64,000 nt of DNA from Prevotella sp. (lineage in GTDB: Bacteria > Bacteroidota > Bacteroidia > Bacteroidales > Bacteroidaceae), in NCBI GenBank assembly GCA_017541085.1, contig JAFXZU010000023.1, positions 17,030-81,029 of the forward strand, in the 5' to 3' direction. The notes beneath the pieces are model-generated. The model had not been told where the DNA came from. It searched no databases and saw only the letters and a program-made list of their open reading frames with translations. A program made the position numbers and the translations under genes. Positions 38,683 to 49,251 of the stretch are shown here, piece after piece (position 1 is the stretch's first letter; each line of letters starts with the position of its first letter).

Positions 38683-38996
38683 AGTCTTGTCTAAAAAAAA
38701 AACGATTACAACACAAACAACCATACAACTATCCTATTTTTCTTTTAATTCTCTTCATCGGTGTAAATTTAATACCTTATATTTTGTCTGTTTCTTATAA
38801 TAAAAGGTATTAAAGGGTTAATCATTATTTGTCATTTTACAACTTTTGGCTTAATCACCTTTACCGATACGACGCCACGTATAAGCTTAATTGCCTTCTT
38901 AATGTCTGAAACCATAGCATACACACAGACAACCATAGAGAATCCCATCTCTATGGTTGTCTGCTTTATAAAAGGCACTGGCCAGATAAATAAAAG

Positions 38997-39764
38997 TCAG
39001 GAGTTTCTCATCTTTCTCCACATAAGGCGCTCCGTAGGGCCCATCTTCTCCGTGGCATAGCTGAGCGTGACGCTGTGCATCTCACGCACATGCTCCTCAA
39101 GGAAGTCGCGCAGCATATCCATGCTTATGCGCTTGCCCAGTTCTCGGAGCATCCACCCAACCGCCTTGTGCATCAGGTCATGTGGATGATGCAGATGTTT
39201 CCTTGCATAGCGCAGGCACCACTCATAGTCGCCCATCTGCATGGTCTTCCATGTGCACACCATACTGATGCGCTGCCGCCACAGATTGGTGCTGTCGGCA
39301 AGTTCGTCAAGCAACCGTTGCTTATAGTCATGACCGCCAAGCCCTGATGGCAACATAAGCCAGTGACCGAGAATCTTCGGCGCCGACATATCAACAAGGT
39401 CCCAGTTGTTAGCCTGGTCAGCATATTGCAGGTACATCTGCACAATCTCGTCGCGTCGTCTCATAGCCTCAGCATCATCAGCAAGCCGCCTTGTGGCAAG
39501 TCGTTCAAACTTTGCCACGAGTATCAACAGGCCACACAGCCTTACCTCATGCCATTTGCTCTTGAGCAACACGGGCACCTCACTCAGCTCAATGTCCTTA
39601 GCCACTGCCTTCACCACCTCACGCGTCTGCGGCACCTTCAGTCCGATGAACATATCGCCATCGCCGTATTCTCCCGGTGCGGTCTTAAAGAAACGCATCA
39701 GTATCTTGCGCTGCTCTTCATCATGCAGCGACTCCATATATGATATAATCTCTGTGCTTCGCAA
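38997..39764 (-). CDS. DNA alkylation repair protein (AlkD-like)
   Basis: FFKTAPGEYG, HEVRLCGL, NNWDLVD, NLWRQR, HKAVGWMLRELGK motifs. Confidence 0.9.
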   Translation of the reverse strand: MRSTEIISYMESLHDEEQRKILMRFFKTAPGEYGDGDMFIGLKVPQTREVVKAVAKDIELSEVPVLLKSKWHEVRLCGLLILVAKFERLATRRLADDAEAMRRRDEIVQMYLQYADQANNWDLVDMSAPKILGHWLMLPSGLGGHDYKQRLLDELADSTNLWRQRISMVCTWKTMQMGDYEWCLRYARKHLHHPHDLMHKAVGWMLRELGKRISMDMLRDFLEEHVREMHSVTLSYATEKMGPTERLMWRKMRNS

Positions 39765-39879
39765 CTCTAATAAATATTTACATTAAACATATAAACACAT
39801 TCCATATACAAAGATAATAGAAAAAATCGTAAGTAGCAAAACACCACCTCATATTTTCACAACGACATAATACCTATAA

Positions 39880-40070
39880 GGTGGGTTCTAAAAATTCCCA
39901 CAAGTTAAATTAGTCAATTATACGAATATTATTATGTCATATTTTTGTTTTCTTTCGGTGCAAACTGTTAGCTTCTGCGGTCACATAGCCCGCTATGCTC
40001 CCTTATCAGCTGACATTTTGCCCTCGAAACAAATTCAAAAATCTGGCAGTGGGAATTTTTAGAACCCACC
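39880..40070. mobile_element. 191-bp MITE-like element with 22-bp perfect terminal inverted repeats and an ATAA target-site duplication
   Basis: GGTGGGTTCTAAAAATTCCCAC (39880-39901) and GTGGGAATTTTTAGAACCCACC (40049-40070); ATAA on both flanks; no coding capacity. Confidence 0.8.
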
Positions 40071-40137
40071 ATAAAAGAGAAGCGACCGTCCGGCACAAGT
40101 GGCAGACGGTCGCTCTATTATATTCAGTCAATTTATA

Positions 40138-42783
40138 TTACCTGACAAGGAACTTCTTCTTGTTCTTTATGTAAATACCTGCTGGCAGTTTTCCGCCATT
40201 TGCAGATACCTTCCTGCCGTCAAGAGTATATATAGCGTCAGCATCAAAGGCAGGCTGTACCACCTCAACATTAGTTACAGCAGTAGCCTCCATTTCCTCT
40301 TCTTCCTCAAACGCTATGACAGACACCGCCTTCGCATTGCTTGAGCTGCCTGGTGTGAACACCAGCTTCTTAATAGACTGTCCGCCGTTAGCGAAGTAAG
40401 CATAGTAGGTGGTGCCGGCAGTCAGCGAAGCACTGATAGACTTCTCCGTATAGCCGTTGGTATAGCCGTATGCCAGTACGCCGTTGCTGCCTACAGAGAG
40501 CGATGTGCCAGTTGTGACCTTCGTACCGATAGCCGTGATACGGTCAGTAGCAGTGCTGTTGTTTGATACATAATACACCGTCAGCGTACCATTCTCACTT
40601 GGTGTGTACTTGATATGGCGGTTCGTTGATGAACTTGTGCCGTTCATGTGGAAGCCAGCCGTCGCAGAGATGTAGTCACTTGTGTAAGAAGAGTTGCTGT
40701 TGCCCACCAGTGTCAGGCCGTTGTATGACGTGGTGTAGTTGCTGCCCGAAGCCGTAACGGTTGACGTAAACTCGCTGAAGTCCCACTCTATGCTTGAAGC
40801 CTTGCGGGTTATGGTGATGCCGGTTATGTATGGTTTTGACGCACCACGCATGATGTATATTGTCTTGACACCGTTATAAGCAGAGGTGAAAGTGAACTTA
40901 TTGCTGCTTATGTTGTCGCTGCTGCTGTTAGTGTAAGCCGTAGCAACGTAACCACCATTGTCGCCAGTGGTTGTCAGCACGTCACCCTCCTGCAGGGCAG
41001 AACTCAAAGTAATCTTTATATAAGAGCCGCCAGAGTTGCGAGTGGTTACGCCACTTGCAGATACCATGTTGGCTGCTGATGACGCATGGCCATTGTGTAC
41101 CAATGCCGAACCGCCAGAGATGGTAGCGTATGAAGACAGGTTGAGATCGCCGCCTGCTGCCACGCTTACATTAGAGGTTGCCTTGTTCTTCAGAGAGAAG
41201 ATGGTCGTGGTGCAGGTAGATGATGAAGAAGATGCTGCATCAAGAGGATAGTACTCTGTGAATGTAGCTGAGGCATCTGCACGCTCCGCCTTTGTTATGT
41301 CCTGCACCAAGTAGTTGGCATACACCTCAAGGTCGGTATAGTAACCGCGAGAGTCGAGGGTATATGTAGCAGAGTTGTCCTTTGAGTTTGACAGGCCGTG
41401 CGCTGTCTCCCAAGCGTCAGGTATTCCGTCATTGTCAGAGTCTGTCTGCTTTGTTCCGCTAAGTGTAGGCCAACCACCCACGTCACCCTGAGTGTCAATG
41501 AGTCCGTATGTAGAACCGTTGCTGCCTGTATAGGTGTATGTACCGTTCTTTGTCTCGTTGGCAATGCGGGTATCAATAGCATCTCTCTTATAGCTTGCGC
41601 CGGCATACTGCACAGTCTTTGTGAAAGCATTGTCAGCAGAGTGCAGTGAGATGGTGTTATATGAACCGAAGTCATTGGCTGATGACTTGTAGCGGCTGTT
41701 TGACAAGCAGTTTGTTACAAACGACGTGAAGCTGTAGCCTGAATCGAAGGTGATGTTGCTGCAGCTTGTAGATGATGTGGTAAGGCTTACGGTAGTGCCG
41801 TTTACCTTGTTGCCGTTGATGTAGAACTTACCCGGCACTACGCCATACTGGTCGCTGCTGTTACAGTTGCTGCACTTTGTTGTAGGATTGAGCAATCTGT
41901 TCTGCGTCTTTGCCACGTTGATGGTGCGTGGTCCCGGCTTGTAGTAGTTGTTTATCATGTTGAACTTCTTAGGCTGAAGTCCTTTCTTGTTCTCACCACC
42001 ATAGGTAGAGTTGCCGCCCCAGTTATATACTACATTATTAATATAGTCAACTATGCCTGCATGCTCTGCCAGGTAACCGTGGTCAAAGCGCGGATTACGA
42101 GAGTTGTGGTGCGCCAACAGGTTGTGGTGGAAAGCGGCCTTGTCGCCACCCCAGATGCCGCCATAGCCGTGGCTGCCCTTGTCGTGCACGGAGTTGGTAA
42201 GCGACTCAGACAGTATGCACCACTGCATGGTGAAGTTCTCGTTGCCGTAGAAAGAGCCGCACTCATCCACGCACCATGACACAGAACAGTGGTCAATGAT
42301 GATGTTTTTCTTGTAACTGCCCGTCTTGTGACTTGCCGACATAGCGTCGTTCTCATTGCCGGCAGTGTCACCCATGCGGCAGCGAATGAAACGCACAATA
42401 ACGTTGTTGGCATTGATGTGCAGGGTGTAGTTTCTCAGGCAGATGCCTGTGCCCGGGGCTGTCTGTCCCAGAATGGTGCAGTTGTCCTTCTCAATCTTAA
42501 GGTCAGACTGCAGTGCTATTGTTCCTGCCACGTCAAAGACAATGATGCGCGCGCCGTCAGTCTTGATGGCAGCACGCAGCGAACCAGTACCGGAGTCATT
42601 GAGGTTTGTGACGTGAATTACCTTACCGCCGCGTCCACCGGTGGTGTAGCGACCGAAACCCTCTGCACCAGGAAAGGCCGGAGCAGAATAAAACTGTGCC
42701 TGCATGCCACATGTGCACACAAGCAACGCCAAGAGCATCATTGCCCTTAGTGGTTTTTTCAATAAAGATTTGCTAATAACCAT
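40138..42783 (-). CDS. Pectate lyase (PL1) with Ser/Thr-rich accessory domains and a T9SS-type C-terminal signal
   Basis: AFPGAEGFG..TTGGRGG, GQTAPG, IIDHCSVSW..DE, RNPR, NNVVYNW, DSDNDGIPDAWE; C-terminal IYTLDGRKV...GIYIKNKKKFLVR. Confidence 0.92.
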   Translation of the reverse strand: MVISKSLLKKPLRAMMLLALLVCTCGMQAQFYSAPAFPGAEGFGRYTTGGRGGKVIHVTNLNDSGTGSLRAAIKTDGARIIVFDVAGTIALQSDLKIEKDNCTILGQTAPGTGICLRNYTLHINANNVIVRFIRCRMGDTAGNENDAMSASHKTGSYKKNIIIDHCSVSWCVDECGSFYGNENFTMQWCILSESLTNSVHDKGSHGYGGIWGGDKAAFHHNLLAHHNSRNPRFDHGYLAEHAGIVDYINNVVYNWGGNSTYGGENKKGLQPKKFNMINNYYKPGPRTINVAKTQNRLLNPTTKCSNCNSSDQYGVVPGKFYINGNKVNGTTVSLTTSSTSCSNITFDSGYSFTSFVTNCLSNSRYKSSANDFGSYNTISLHSADNAFTKTVQYAGASYKRDAIDTRIANETKNGTYTYTGSNGSTYGLIDTQGDVGGWPTLSGTKQTDSDNDGIPDAWETAHGLSNSKDNSATYTLDSRGYYTDLEVYANYLVQDITKAERADASATFTEYYPLDAASSSSSTCTTTIFSLKNKATSNVSVAAGGDLNLSSYATISGGSALVHNGHASSAANMVSASGVTTRNSGGSYIKITLSSALQEGDVLTTTGDNGGYVATAYTNSSSDNISSNKFTFTSAYNGVKTIYIMRGASKPYITGITITRKASSIEWDFSEFTSTVTASGSNYTTSYNGLTLVGNSNSSYTSDYISATAGFHMNGTSSSTNRHIKYTPSENGTLTVYYVSNNSTATDRITAIGTKVTTGTSLSVGSNGVLAYGYTNGYTEKSISASLTAGTTYYAYFANGGQSIKKLVFTPGSSSNAKAVSVIAFEEEEEMEATAVTNVEVVQPAFDADAIYTLDGRKVSANGGKLPAGIYIKNKKKFLVR

Positions 42784-43050
42784 TGTATTAAGTTAGTTTA
42801 GTAAATAAAGATTTGATACGCACAAAGTTATGAATTGTTTTTGTTTTACAAAAACAAAAATATCATCTATACACCTAAAAATGAACATTTTGCGCAAATT
42901 TACACCCTGTAAGAAACAATATTCCACCTCCAGTCTCAACCGCAATATATTTTTAAGGTAGATTCTATTTTTTTCACCGTAATATTAAACTTTATAATCG
43001 GGTTGACGTTTTGTAATCTTTTTGATTTCTTTCGGTGCATACTGCCAATT

Positions 43051-43088
43051 AAAAGCCAGCCCCACCGTTAAACGACGAGGCTGGCTTT
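43051..43088 (-). terminator. Terminator after the YgiQ-family gene
   Basis: AAAGCCAGCC...GGCTGGCTTT stem. Confidence 0.65.
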
Positions 43089-43129
43089 GGAAAATTTTGT
43101 CTATAGTATGTAAACGTGTAGGCTGATAA

Positions 43130-45046
43130 TCACCGCCTACGCTTTCCCCCTTCATTGAAGTTGGGGTTATATGACTTCTGTTTCTTCTTGGGCTGGTTCC
43201 CCTGATGTCTGTTTTCTTTCCTTCCCCTGGTATCGTGAGCCTCATTCCGAGCTCCTCTACCCTTGTTGTCACGGGACTTACGCGATGGTGGAGCAGACTG
43301 TCCCCCTTCATCCTTATACCAGAAGAAATACTGACGCTGAGCCAGTTTCTCCTTCTGTGTCTTAGCAGAGAACACCGGCTCAAGGGTATAAGGGTCGTAA
43401 CCAGTGTACCACGTCTCTGTGGCTACGGTCATAGGCGTAGGCGTAAAGTCCTGCACCTGCTCCAGCTTATATCCCATGCGCTTGGTGAGGTCGGCAAGCT
43501 GTGCCATATCACGCTCGGTACATCCGGGATGCGAAGAAATAAAATAAGGTATGAGCTGTTGGCGCAGTCCCTCCTCCTTGTTTATCTGGTCGAATATACG
43601 CTTGAACTCATAGAACAGTTTGAACGACGGTTTGCGCATAAGATAGAGCACGCTGTCGGACGTATGCTCTGGAGCTACCTTCAACCTACCACTGACGTGC
43701 TTGGTTATCAGTTCACGGGTATATTGCCGCGCCGCCTCGTTACATTTCTCGTCTTTACTCTTATGCAGCAACAAGTCATAACGCACACCACTGCCTATAA
43801 AGCTCTTCTTTACCTCTGGCAGCGCATCCACCGCATGGTATATGTCGAGCAATGCAGAATGGTCATTCACAAGGTTTGGACATACCTGTGGATGGAGGCA
43901 AGAGGGTTTCTTACACACCTCGCAGGCCTTGGGATTACGTCCGTGCATGCCGTACATATTGGCTGACGGACCGCCAAGGTCTGACAGATAGCCTTTGAAG
44001 TCGGGCAGTTTAACAACCTCCTTCACCTCTTTCATTATGCTCTCCTTGGAACGGCAGGCTATGAACTTGCCCTGATGAGCGGAGATAGTACAGAAGGCAC
44101 AACCGCCGAAACATCCTCTGTGCAGGTTGACGGAGAACTTTATCATATCATACGCAGGTATGCGCTTACCCTTATACTTAGGATGGGGCACACGTTGGTA
44201 TGGCAAGTCAAAGGACGCGTCTATCTCCTCCGTTGTCATCGGAGGATAAGGAGGATTAACGACAGCATATATCCCGTCAACGCCCTGTATCAGACGTTGC
44301 GCATGCATCTTGTTTGACTCCTCCTCAATATGGCGGAAGTTCTCTGCCTCGGCACGTTTGTTACGCAGACACTCCTCATGAGAGTGAAGGATGATATCGT
44401 CATCCCTGAAACCTCCGGGTATTTCCTCTTTCTTTGCAAGAAAGACTATCTGCGGAATATTATGCAACTCATGCAGGGACTTACCCTCGGCAAGACCGTT
44501 GGCTATCTCTATAGTGACCTTCTCACCCATACCATAGGTTATCATGTCGGCACCAGAGTCACACAGTATGCACTTACGCAGAGAGTCACTCCAATAGTCA
44601 TAATGAGTCAGTCGGCGCAGAGAAGCCTCTATACCTCCGAGTATCACCGGTACATCGGGAAACAGTTGCTTCAGTATCTTGGTATATACAATGGAGGGGT
44701 ACTCCGGACGGCAGTCATGGCGTCCGTCAGGAGAATAAGCATCTTCTGAGCGCAGTCGCTTATTAGCGGTGTACTTGTTGACCATGGAGTCCATGGCACC
44801 CGGCGAAATGCCGAAGAACAGGCGCGGGCGCCCCAGCTTCTTAAAGTCACGGAAGTCGCCGTGCCAGTCAGGCTGCGGCACAATAGCTATCCTGTAGCCC
44901 GCCGCCTCAAGGGTACGACCTATCACAGCAGCGCCAAACGATGGATGGTCCACATAGGCGTCACCTGAGAACAGTATTATGTCAAGCTCATCCCACCCCC
45001 GAAGTTCGCACTCTTTCTTCGTGGTAGGCAGGAAATCTGTCAGCAT
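43130..45046 (-). CDS. YgiQ family radical SAM protein
   Basis: GDAYVDHPSFG, GGIEASLRR, RGCFGGCAFC, DLGGPSANMY, LKVAPEH, QVQDFTPTP motifs. Confidence 0.95.
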   Translation of the reverse strand: MLTDFLPTTKKECELRGWDELDIILFSGDAYVDHPSFGAAVIGRTLEAAGYRIAIVPQPDWHGDFRDFKKLGRPRLFFGISPGAMDSMVNKYTANKRLRSEDAYSPDGRHDCRPEYPSIVYTKILKQLFPDVPVILGGIEASLRRLTHYDYWSDSLRKCILCDSGADMITYGMGEKVTIEIANGLAEGKSLHELHNIPQIVFLAKKEEIPGGFRDDDIILHSHEECLRNKRAEAENFRHIEEESNKMHAQRLIQGVDGIYAVVNPPYPPMTTEEIDASFDLPYQRVPHPKYKGKRIPAYDMIKFSVNLHRGCFGGCAFCTISAHQGKFIACRSKESIMKEVKEVVKLPDFKGYLSDLGGPSANMYGMHGRNPKACEVCKKPSCLHPQVCPNLVNDHSALLDIYHAVDALPEVKKSFIGSGVRYDLLLHKSKDEKCNEAARQYTRELITKHVSGRLKVAPEHTSDSVLYLMRKPSFKLFYEFKRIFDQINKEEGLRQQLIPYFISSHPGCTERDMAQLADLTKRMGYKLEQVQDFTPTPMTVATETWYTGYDPYTLEPVFSAKTQKEKLAQRQYFFWYKDEGGQSAPPSRKSRDNKGRGARNEAHDTRGRKENRHQGNQPKKKQKSYNPNFNEGGKRRR

Positions 45047-45049
45047 CTG

Positions 45050-45370
45050 TTATTCTTCTTCTTTTTCAGGGTTCTCTTCCAACCAATGGGCGTAAAGCTC
45101 AATAAGGTTAGCCAGTCCGACTGACTTCATATTAGGATGTGCCAACACATCCTTGTAAAACGTTACCAACTTGGCGTCTGCCGCACTTGTAGAGTCTATC
45201 AGACCTCCCACGAATGACTTCAGGGTGGTCAGCACAGAGTCATCCACTATGCCGTTACTGCCAACAAGGTTCTTGAACAAGGAGTATTGCTTTATCACCT
45301 CGAGGTTTTCCTCAGTGATAGTCATCGTACGCGTGCCTGAGGCATTGGAAACTATATTAAAGGTGTTCAT
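45050..45370 (-). CDS. Conserved Bacteroidales hypothetical protein
   Basis: NASGTR...ENLEVIKQYSLF..LVGSNGIVDD...HPNMK pattern; operonic spacing. Confidence 0.7.
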   Translation of the reverse strand: MNTFNIVSNASGTRTMTITEENLEVIKQYSLFKNLVGSNGIVDDSVLTTLKSFVGGLIDSTSAADAKLVTFYKDVLAHPNMKSVGLANLIELYAHWLEENPEKEEE

Positions 45371-45383
45371 AGTATATATAAAT

Positions 45384-48257
45384 TTACTGATGGTTTAACA
45401 AATACGATATTATACCACGCATGGTATATGCCCGCTGTGAAGCGCTTGATATGCACTCGAACGGGAATCCCATGACGAATGACGACATGTGTCCACGATA
45501 TGCCACCGCCGCTGTCTGTCCGTCACTATACTGCATACACACAAATGCTCCATGCATAGGATGCAGGACGTCACTGCGTGTAGTGGCATAATGGTCTGGA
45601 TTAAGGGTGTTGTTAAGTACAATGGTTTGCTGCAGACCGTTGACATAGTCATTGGCTGTATTAGTGGTTCCTACATGTGAGGCATGAAGAACTTGCTCCA
45701 TGAACAGCTGCTCACCAGTGGACTTCATATCCGAGCCGACATACGAGCCGCTAACCAACAGGGCATGGTGACCGCTGATGCTGTTGACTGCACCAAAGGC
45801 GTATGATGACAGTCGTTGTTGCATGGCAACCGGTATTGTCTTATACTGACGCAGGCTGTAGCCGTCATTACGCTCGTTACCCAATATAAGGTCAACCACA
45901 TCATAGCGTGAGAGATCTATCATACTTGTCTCTACCACGCTCCTCGTGCAGCTCACGATATTGTACCTATATGCCGAGGCTATGGCCTCCGCATGTTCGC
46001 CTACATAATTGAAGCTGTTACCTGCAACGAACTTGCCCTCCATCTCGCTTGTTGACGCACCGAAGTTCTGAGAATTGATGTCATAGTCACTCTGCCTGCC
46101 ACACCAGCCGGCTGTCATGCCGTATGACACACCCGGGTCAAGGCTGATGTCAAAGCCTTTCAGCGAGTCTGTATTGATTATCTCAGGAGCGGCCAATCGT
46201 TGGAAGCCGTTTACTATAAGGATATTCTCAGCCTTTGGTCCGTGCCATACCACTGCCAGTTCCTCTGTAGGGAAACTCTCACCGCCCTCATTTACAGCGC
46301 TTACGCGGAAGCGATACACTATATCAGGCATCAGGCGCATACTGTAGTTACTCTGACTTACGTTGACTCCATTGTCATAACCCGTTACTCCCACTGACAT
46401 ATAGATGTTATATGATACGGCTCTGGCAGTATTCTCATACTCATCCAACTGCTGGTTCCACGCGAGTGTGGCATTACCCAGTGTGTCTAACGATATACGG
46501 AAGTCCTTAGGCGTCAACGGAGACACCACGACTCTTCCACCGTGTGCCTCTGACTCAAAGCGCAGCATCGTCTTATATATAGAGCGCGCCAAAGTGAACT
46601 TAAAGTCCGGGTCATGAGCCAAGCGCATATCGGGGAAACTCTGATGTGACAATGTCTCAAAGATAGCCGACGGCACTGCAGGCAAACGCGTCTCTGAATA
46701 ATTCTTATCATACAAATCACGCCAGCGCCACTCACCATAGCGTGCAGACAGGTCCTCCTTTGACTGCTCCAACAACATCTTCGCAAAGTTCTTTGAATGA
46801 TGACGTGACGCGCCTGCAGCCAGTTTCTCTTCGTTAAAATCAGTGGTGCAGACCGCCAGGGAACCGAATATAGACTTAAAGTCCTTGTTATATCCAGCAT
46901 CGGAGTGTACCGCCAGCGTCATATCTATAGGAACGTGCTTCCCCTCCTGACCGGGAACAAACGGTGAACCACCTGACAGCCAGTTAGACATCAACGAACG
47001 CACATTTATGTCATCCTTATAGTCATCTTCTCCCTTATACAGCGAATAGACATCATAAGGCACTCCTGCCCACTGTGCATAATAACGTGCACCCTCAAGG
47101 CAACGCGGCACACCGCTGACACCTTCACCACGCACTATATTGCCCATGCCACCGCCGAAACGTACAGCGTCGGTGGTAACCACACATTTGTCTTGCGAAT
47201 AAGAAGACAGTTCTACATAGTTATATTCCGGACGGTTATTGTCAAAATCAAACGTGCCCAGATACACCCATGTGCCACCGCCCATACGCTGGTTCACTAT
47301 AACCTCCGTACATATACCCTGGTGCCACACCTTGTAATGTGCTTTATCTGTGCTTGCGTCCACCGTAGCGTATGACACATATACAGCATACTTGCCACTC
47401 TTCTTCAGCGCAGGAGTGTATATAGCCTTGGCACTCACATCGCTGCGTGAGCACTGCACCTGTCTGACCGTACCTTGATCAAACGGATTGTAATTGTCAC
47501 TGATATTGCCTGATGGTATAGAGAAGCCGTTGACCGCCATAGGCGTAGTCCAAAGCTCAAAGGCGCCCGTTTCCCTATAACCAGTCTCCGGACTGTCATT
47601 ATCCACTATAACCTCTTCTGTCTGCCAGTCACGCTCACGGGGTGTGAACACTACAGCGCCTGCATTCTCAAGCATCGGTATAAGGTAAGGCACCACAATG
47701 GTCTGCGTAAACAAATCCTCTGTTGTGGAGAACAGACGTGGTCTCTGCCACTTCCATATACTCTGAGCCATATCATAATACTTTCCATGACTCGCCCATA
47801 CCGTAATATGCTTATTCTTCAAAGCGGCCGTCACCTTATGGGGCTTTGACACATTGCTCACCCACGGCTGACCGTCATAATACACATCGCCCCACCAACC
47901 ATGATGACGTCTGTGAGGTTTCTTCTTTTCTTCCACCGTCACCTCATGTGTCAGGATGTTTTCTATCAACGTTCCCTTGGTATATATACGTACACCGTAG
48001 TCCTTATACTCCGGTGGCAGTGCCTTGTGAACATCTTTTGTTACCTTGCGATATATCTTCTTTATAGTCTTACTGGTAAATGTTTGGTCCGCAAACGAGT
48101 CATCCATATATACAAGAATGACCTTTGCATTGTCATCAACGCGCAAATCCGTCAGGTGCTGTTCGTATGAATCAGCAAAGCATGATGTCGTAAGACACCA
48201 TGCCACACATAATATTAACAGTTTTATTATCTTCATTTTACGACTCAGATATCTCAT
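45384..48257 (-). CDS. Secreted amidase-like/golvesin-CBM/FN3 multidomain protein (often annotated as xanthan lyase)
   Basis: WASHGKYY, WKWQRP.LF.TTED, RERD.Q, GGTWVYLGTFDF, DAVRFGGG, HSDAG motifs and an FN3 segment. Confidence 0.8.
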   Translation of the reverse strand: MRYLSRKMKIIKLLILCVAWCLTTSCFADSYEQHLTDLRVDDNAKVILVYMDDSFADQTFTSKTIKKIYRKVTKDVHKALPPEYKDYGVRIYTKGTLIENILTHEVTVEEKKKPHRRHHGWWGDVYYDGQPWVSNVSKPHKVTAALKNKHITVWASHGKYYDMAQSIWKWQRPRLFSTTEDLFTQTIVVPYLIPMLENAGAVVFTPRERDWQTEEVIVDNDSPETGYRETGAFELWTTPMAVNGFSIPSGNISDNYNPFDQGTVRQVQCSRSDVSAKAIYTPALKKSGKYAVYVSYATVDASTDKAHYKVWHQGICTEVIVNQRMGGGTWVYLGTFDFDNNRPEYNYVELSSYSQDKCVVTTDAVRFGGGMGNIVRGEGVSGVPRCLEGARYYAQWAGVPYDVYSLYKGEDDYKDDINVRSLMSNWLSGGSPFVPGQEGKHVPIDMTLAVHSDAGYNKDFKSIFGSLAVCTTDFNEEKLAAGASRHHSKNFAKMLLEQSKEDLSARYGEWRWRDLYDKNYSETRLPAVPSAIFETLSHQSFPDMRLAHDPDFKFTLARSIYKTMLRFESEAHGGRVVVSPLTPKDFRISLDTLGNATLAWNQQLDEYENTARAVSYNIYMSVGVTGYDNGVNVSQSNYSMRLMPDIVYRFRVSAVNEGGESFPTEELAVVWHGPKAENILIVNGFQRLAAPEIINTDSLKGFDISLDPGVSYGMTAGWCGRQSDYDINSQNFGASTSEMEGKFVAGNSFNYVGEHAEAIASAYRYNIVSCTRSVVETSMIDLSRYDVVDLILGNERNDGYSLRQYKTIPVAMQQRLSSYAFGAVNSISGHHALLVSGSYVGSDMKSTGEQLFMEQVLHASHVGTTNTANDYVNGLQQTIVLNNTLNPDHYATTRSDVLHPMHGAFVCMQYSDGQTAAVAYRGHMSSFVMGFPFECISSASQRAYTMRGIISYLLNHQ

Positions 48258-48265
48258 CTATCGTG

Positions 48266-48811
48266 TTATACGGCAAACTGCTCTGGGTGTTTGCCTTTGA
48301 AATTCTTGAAATACTCCTTTATCTCTGCCATCTCTCTGTCTATGTCACCCGTTGGCACAACCACTTTCGTGCACTGTATCAGCTTCCTCTCATAGTCCAC
48401 GCCATATAGCAATATAGGCAACCCTGCCTTCAGTGCAATGTAGTAAAAGCCCTTCTTCCACTCCGGGTTACTCTTACGCGTACCCTCAGGAGTGACACAC
48501 AACCTGAACACCTCAGACTGTTGTGCAGTCTCAGCCAGGGCGTCAGTCATGCTACCTTTCTTCTGCCTGTTGACAGGTATTCCCCCCAACCGACGGAAGA
48601 GCGCACCCAACGGGAAGAAGAACCACTCCTTCTTCATCAGGAAATTTATCTTCACACCATCCGCATGAGAATATAACTGTCCTAACACAAAGTCCCAGTT
48701 ACTAGTATGAGGAGCTAAACATATAATGTATTTCTTTGGGTGACTGACAGATACTTCCTTTGTCCATCCACATACTTTGTACAGGAGCCACCCACACAGT
48801 GTCCTCAACAT
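48266..48811 (-). CDS. 1-acyl-sn-glycerol-3-phosphate acyltransferase family protein
   Basis: APHTSNWDF, GGIPVNR, PEGTR, WKKGFY motifs. Confidence 0.92.
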   Translation of the reverse strand: MLRTLCGWLLYKVCGWTKEVSVSHPKKYIICLAPHTSNWDFVLGQLYSHADGVKINFLMKKEWFFFPLGALFRRLGGIPVNRQKKGSMTDALAETAQQSEVFRLCVTPEGTRKSNPEWKKGFYYIALKAGLPILLYGVDYERKLIQCTKVVVPTGDIDREMAEIKEYFKNFKGKHPEQFAV

Positions 48812-49087
48812 TTACGAATAGATATTATTAATTTGGTCCACAATGTCATTTACCTCATTATTAAAACCGTCAATCAAGACGCCGTAATACTTCTTGGCAG
48901 TCATCCCCGGCTCCGGATGCGATACACGCATCACATAGTCAGAATGGATACTTATTATTGACCTCAACAGACTGTCCACATTGTCCTTGTCTGAATTCTT
49001 GTTATACACCGATGCAGCAACACACTCAGCAAAGAGTTCGCTGCAAATATAGTTAATGCCTCTTTTCAAATCTCTCTTGTTAGCCAT
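48812..49087 (-). CDS. Conserved Bacteroidales hypothetical protein
   Basis: MANKRDLKRGINYICSELFAEC...RVSHPEPG pattern; first gene of the minus-strand operon. Confidence 0.75.
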   Translation of the reverse strand: MANKRDLKRGINYICSELFAECVAASVYNKNSDKDNVDSLLRSIISIHSDYVMRVSHPEPGMTAKKYYGVLIDGFNNEVNDIVDQINNIYS

Positions 49088-49251
49088 AATCGTTCGATTT
49101 TAATTATTCCAAAGGTAAAGTTTTTTTCTCTAACTTACAAACATTTGTTTTCTTTTTTACACTTTTTAAAACAATTATAAAGTCTTTCTTATATAGTGTC
49201 AAGATTTTTTATTAACTTTGCACATAAACGAAATAGTGTTATAAAAATAAA

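Noticed and set aside
38690-38965. Possible ncRNA between two hairpins
   Set aside because: This is an AT-rich spacer between convergent terminators with only a weak inverted repeat and no recognisable RNA family or promoter.
42985-43383. 132-aa alternate-frame ORF at the YgiQ 3' end
   Set aside because: It overlaps YgiQ on the same strand, crosses its terminator, and has no motif support.
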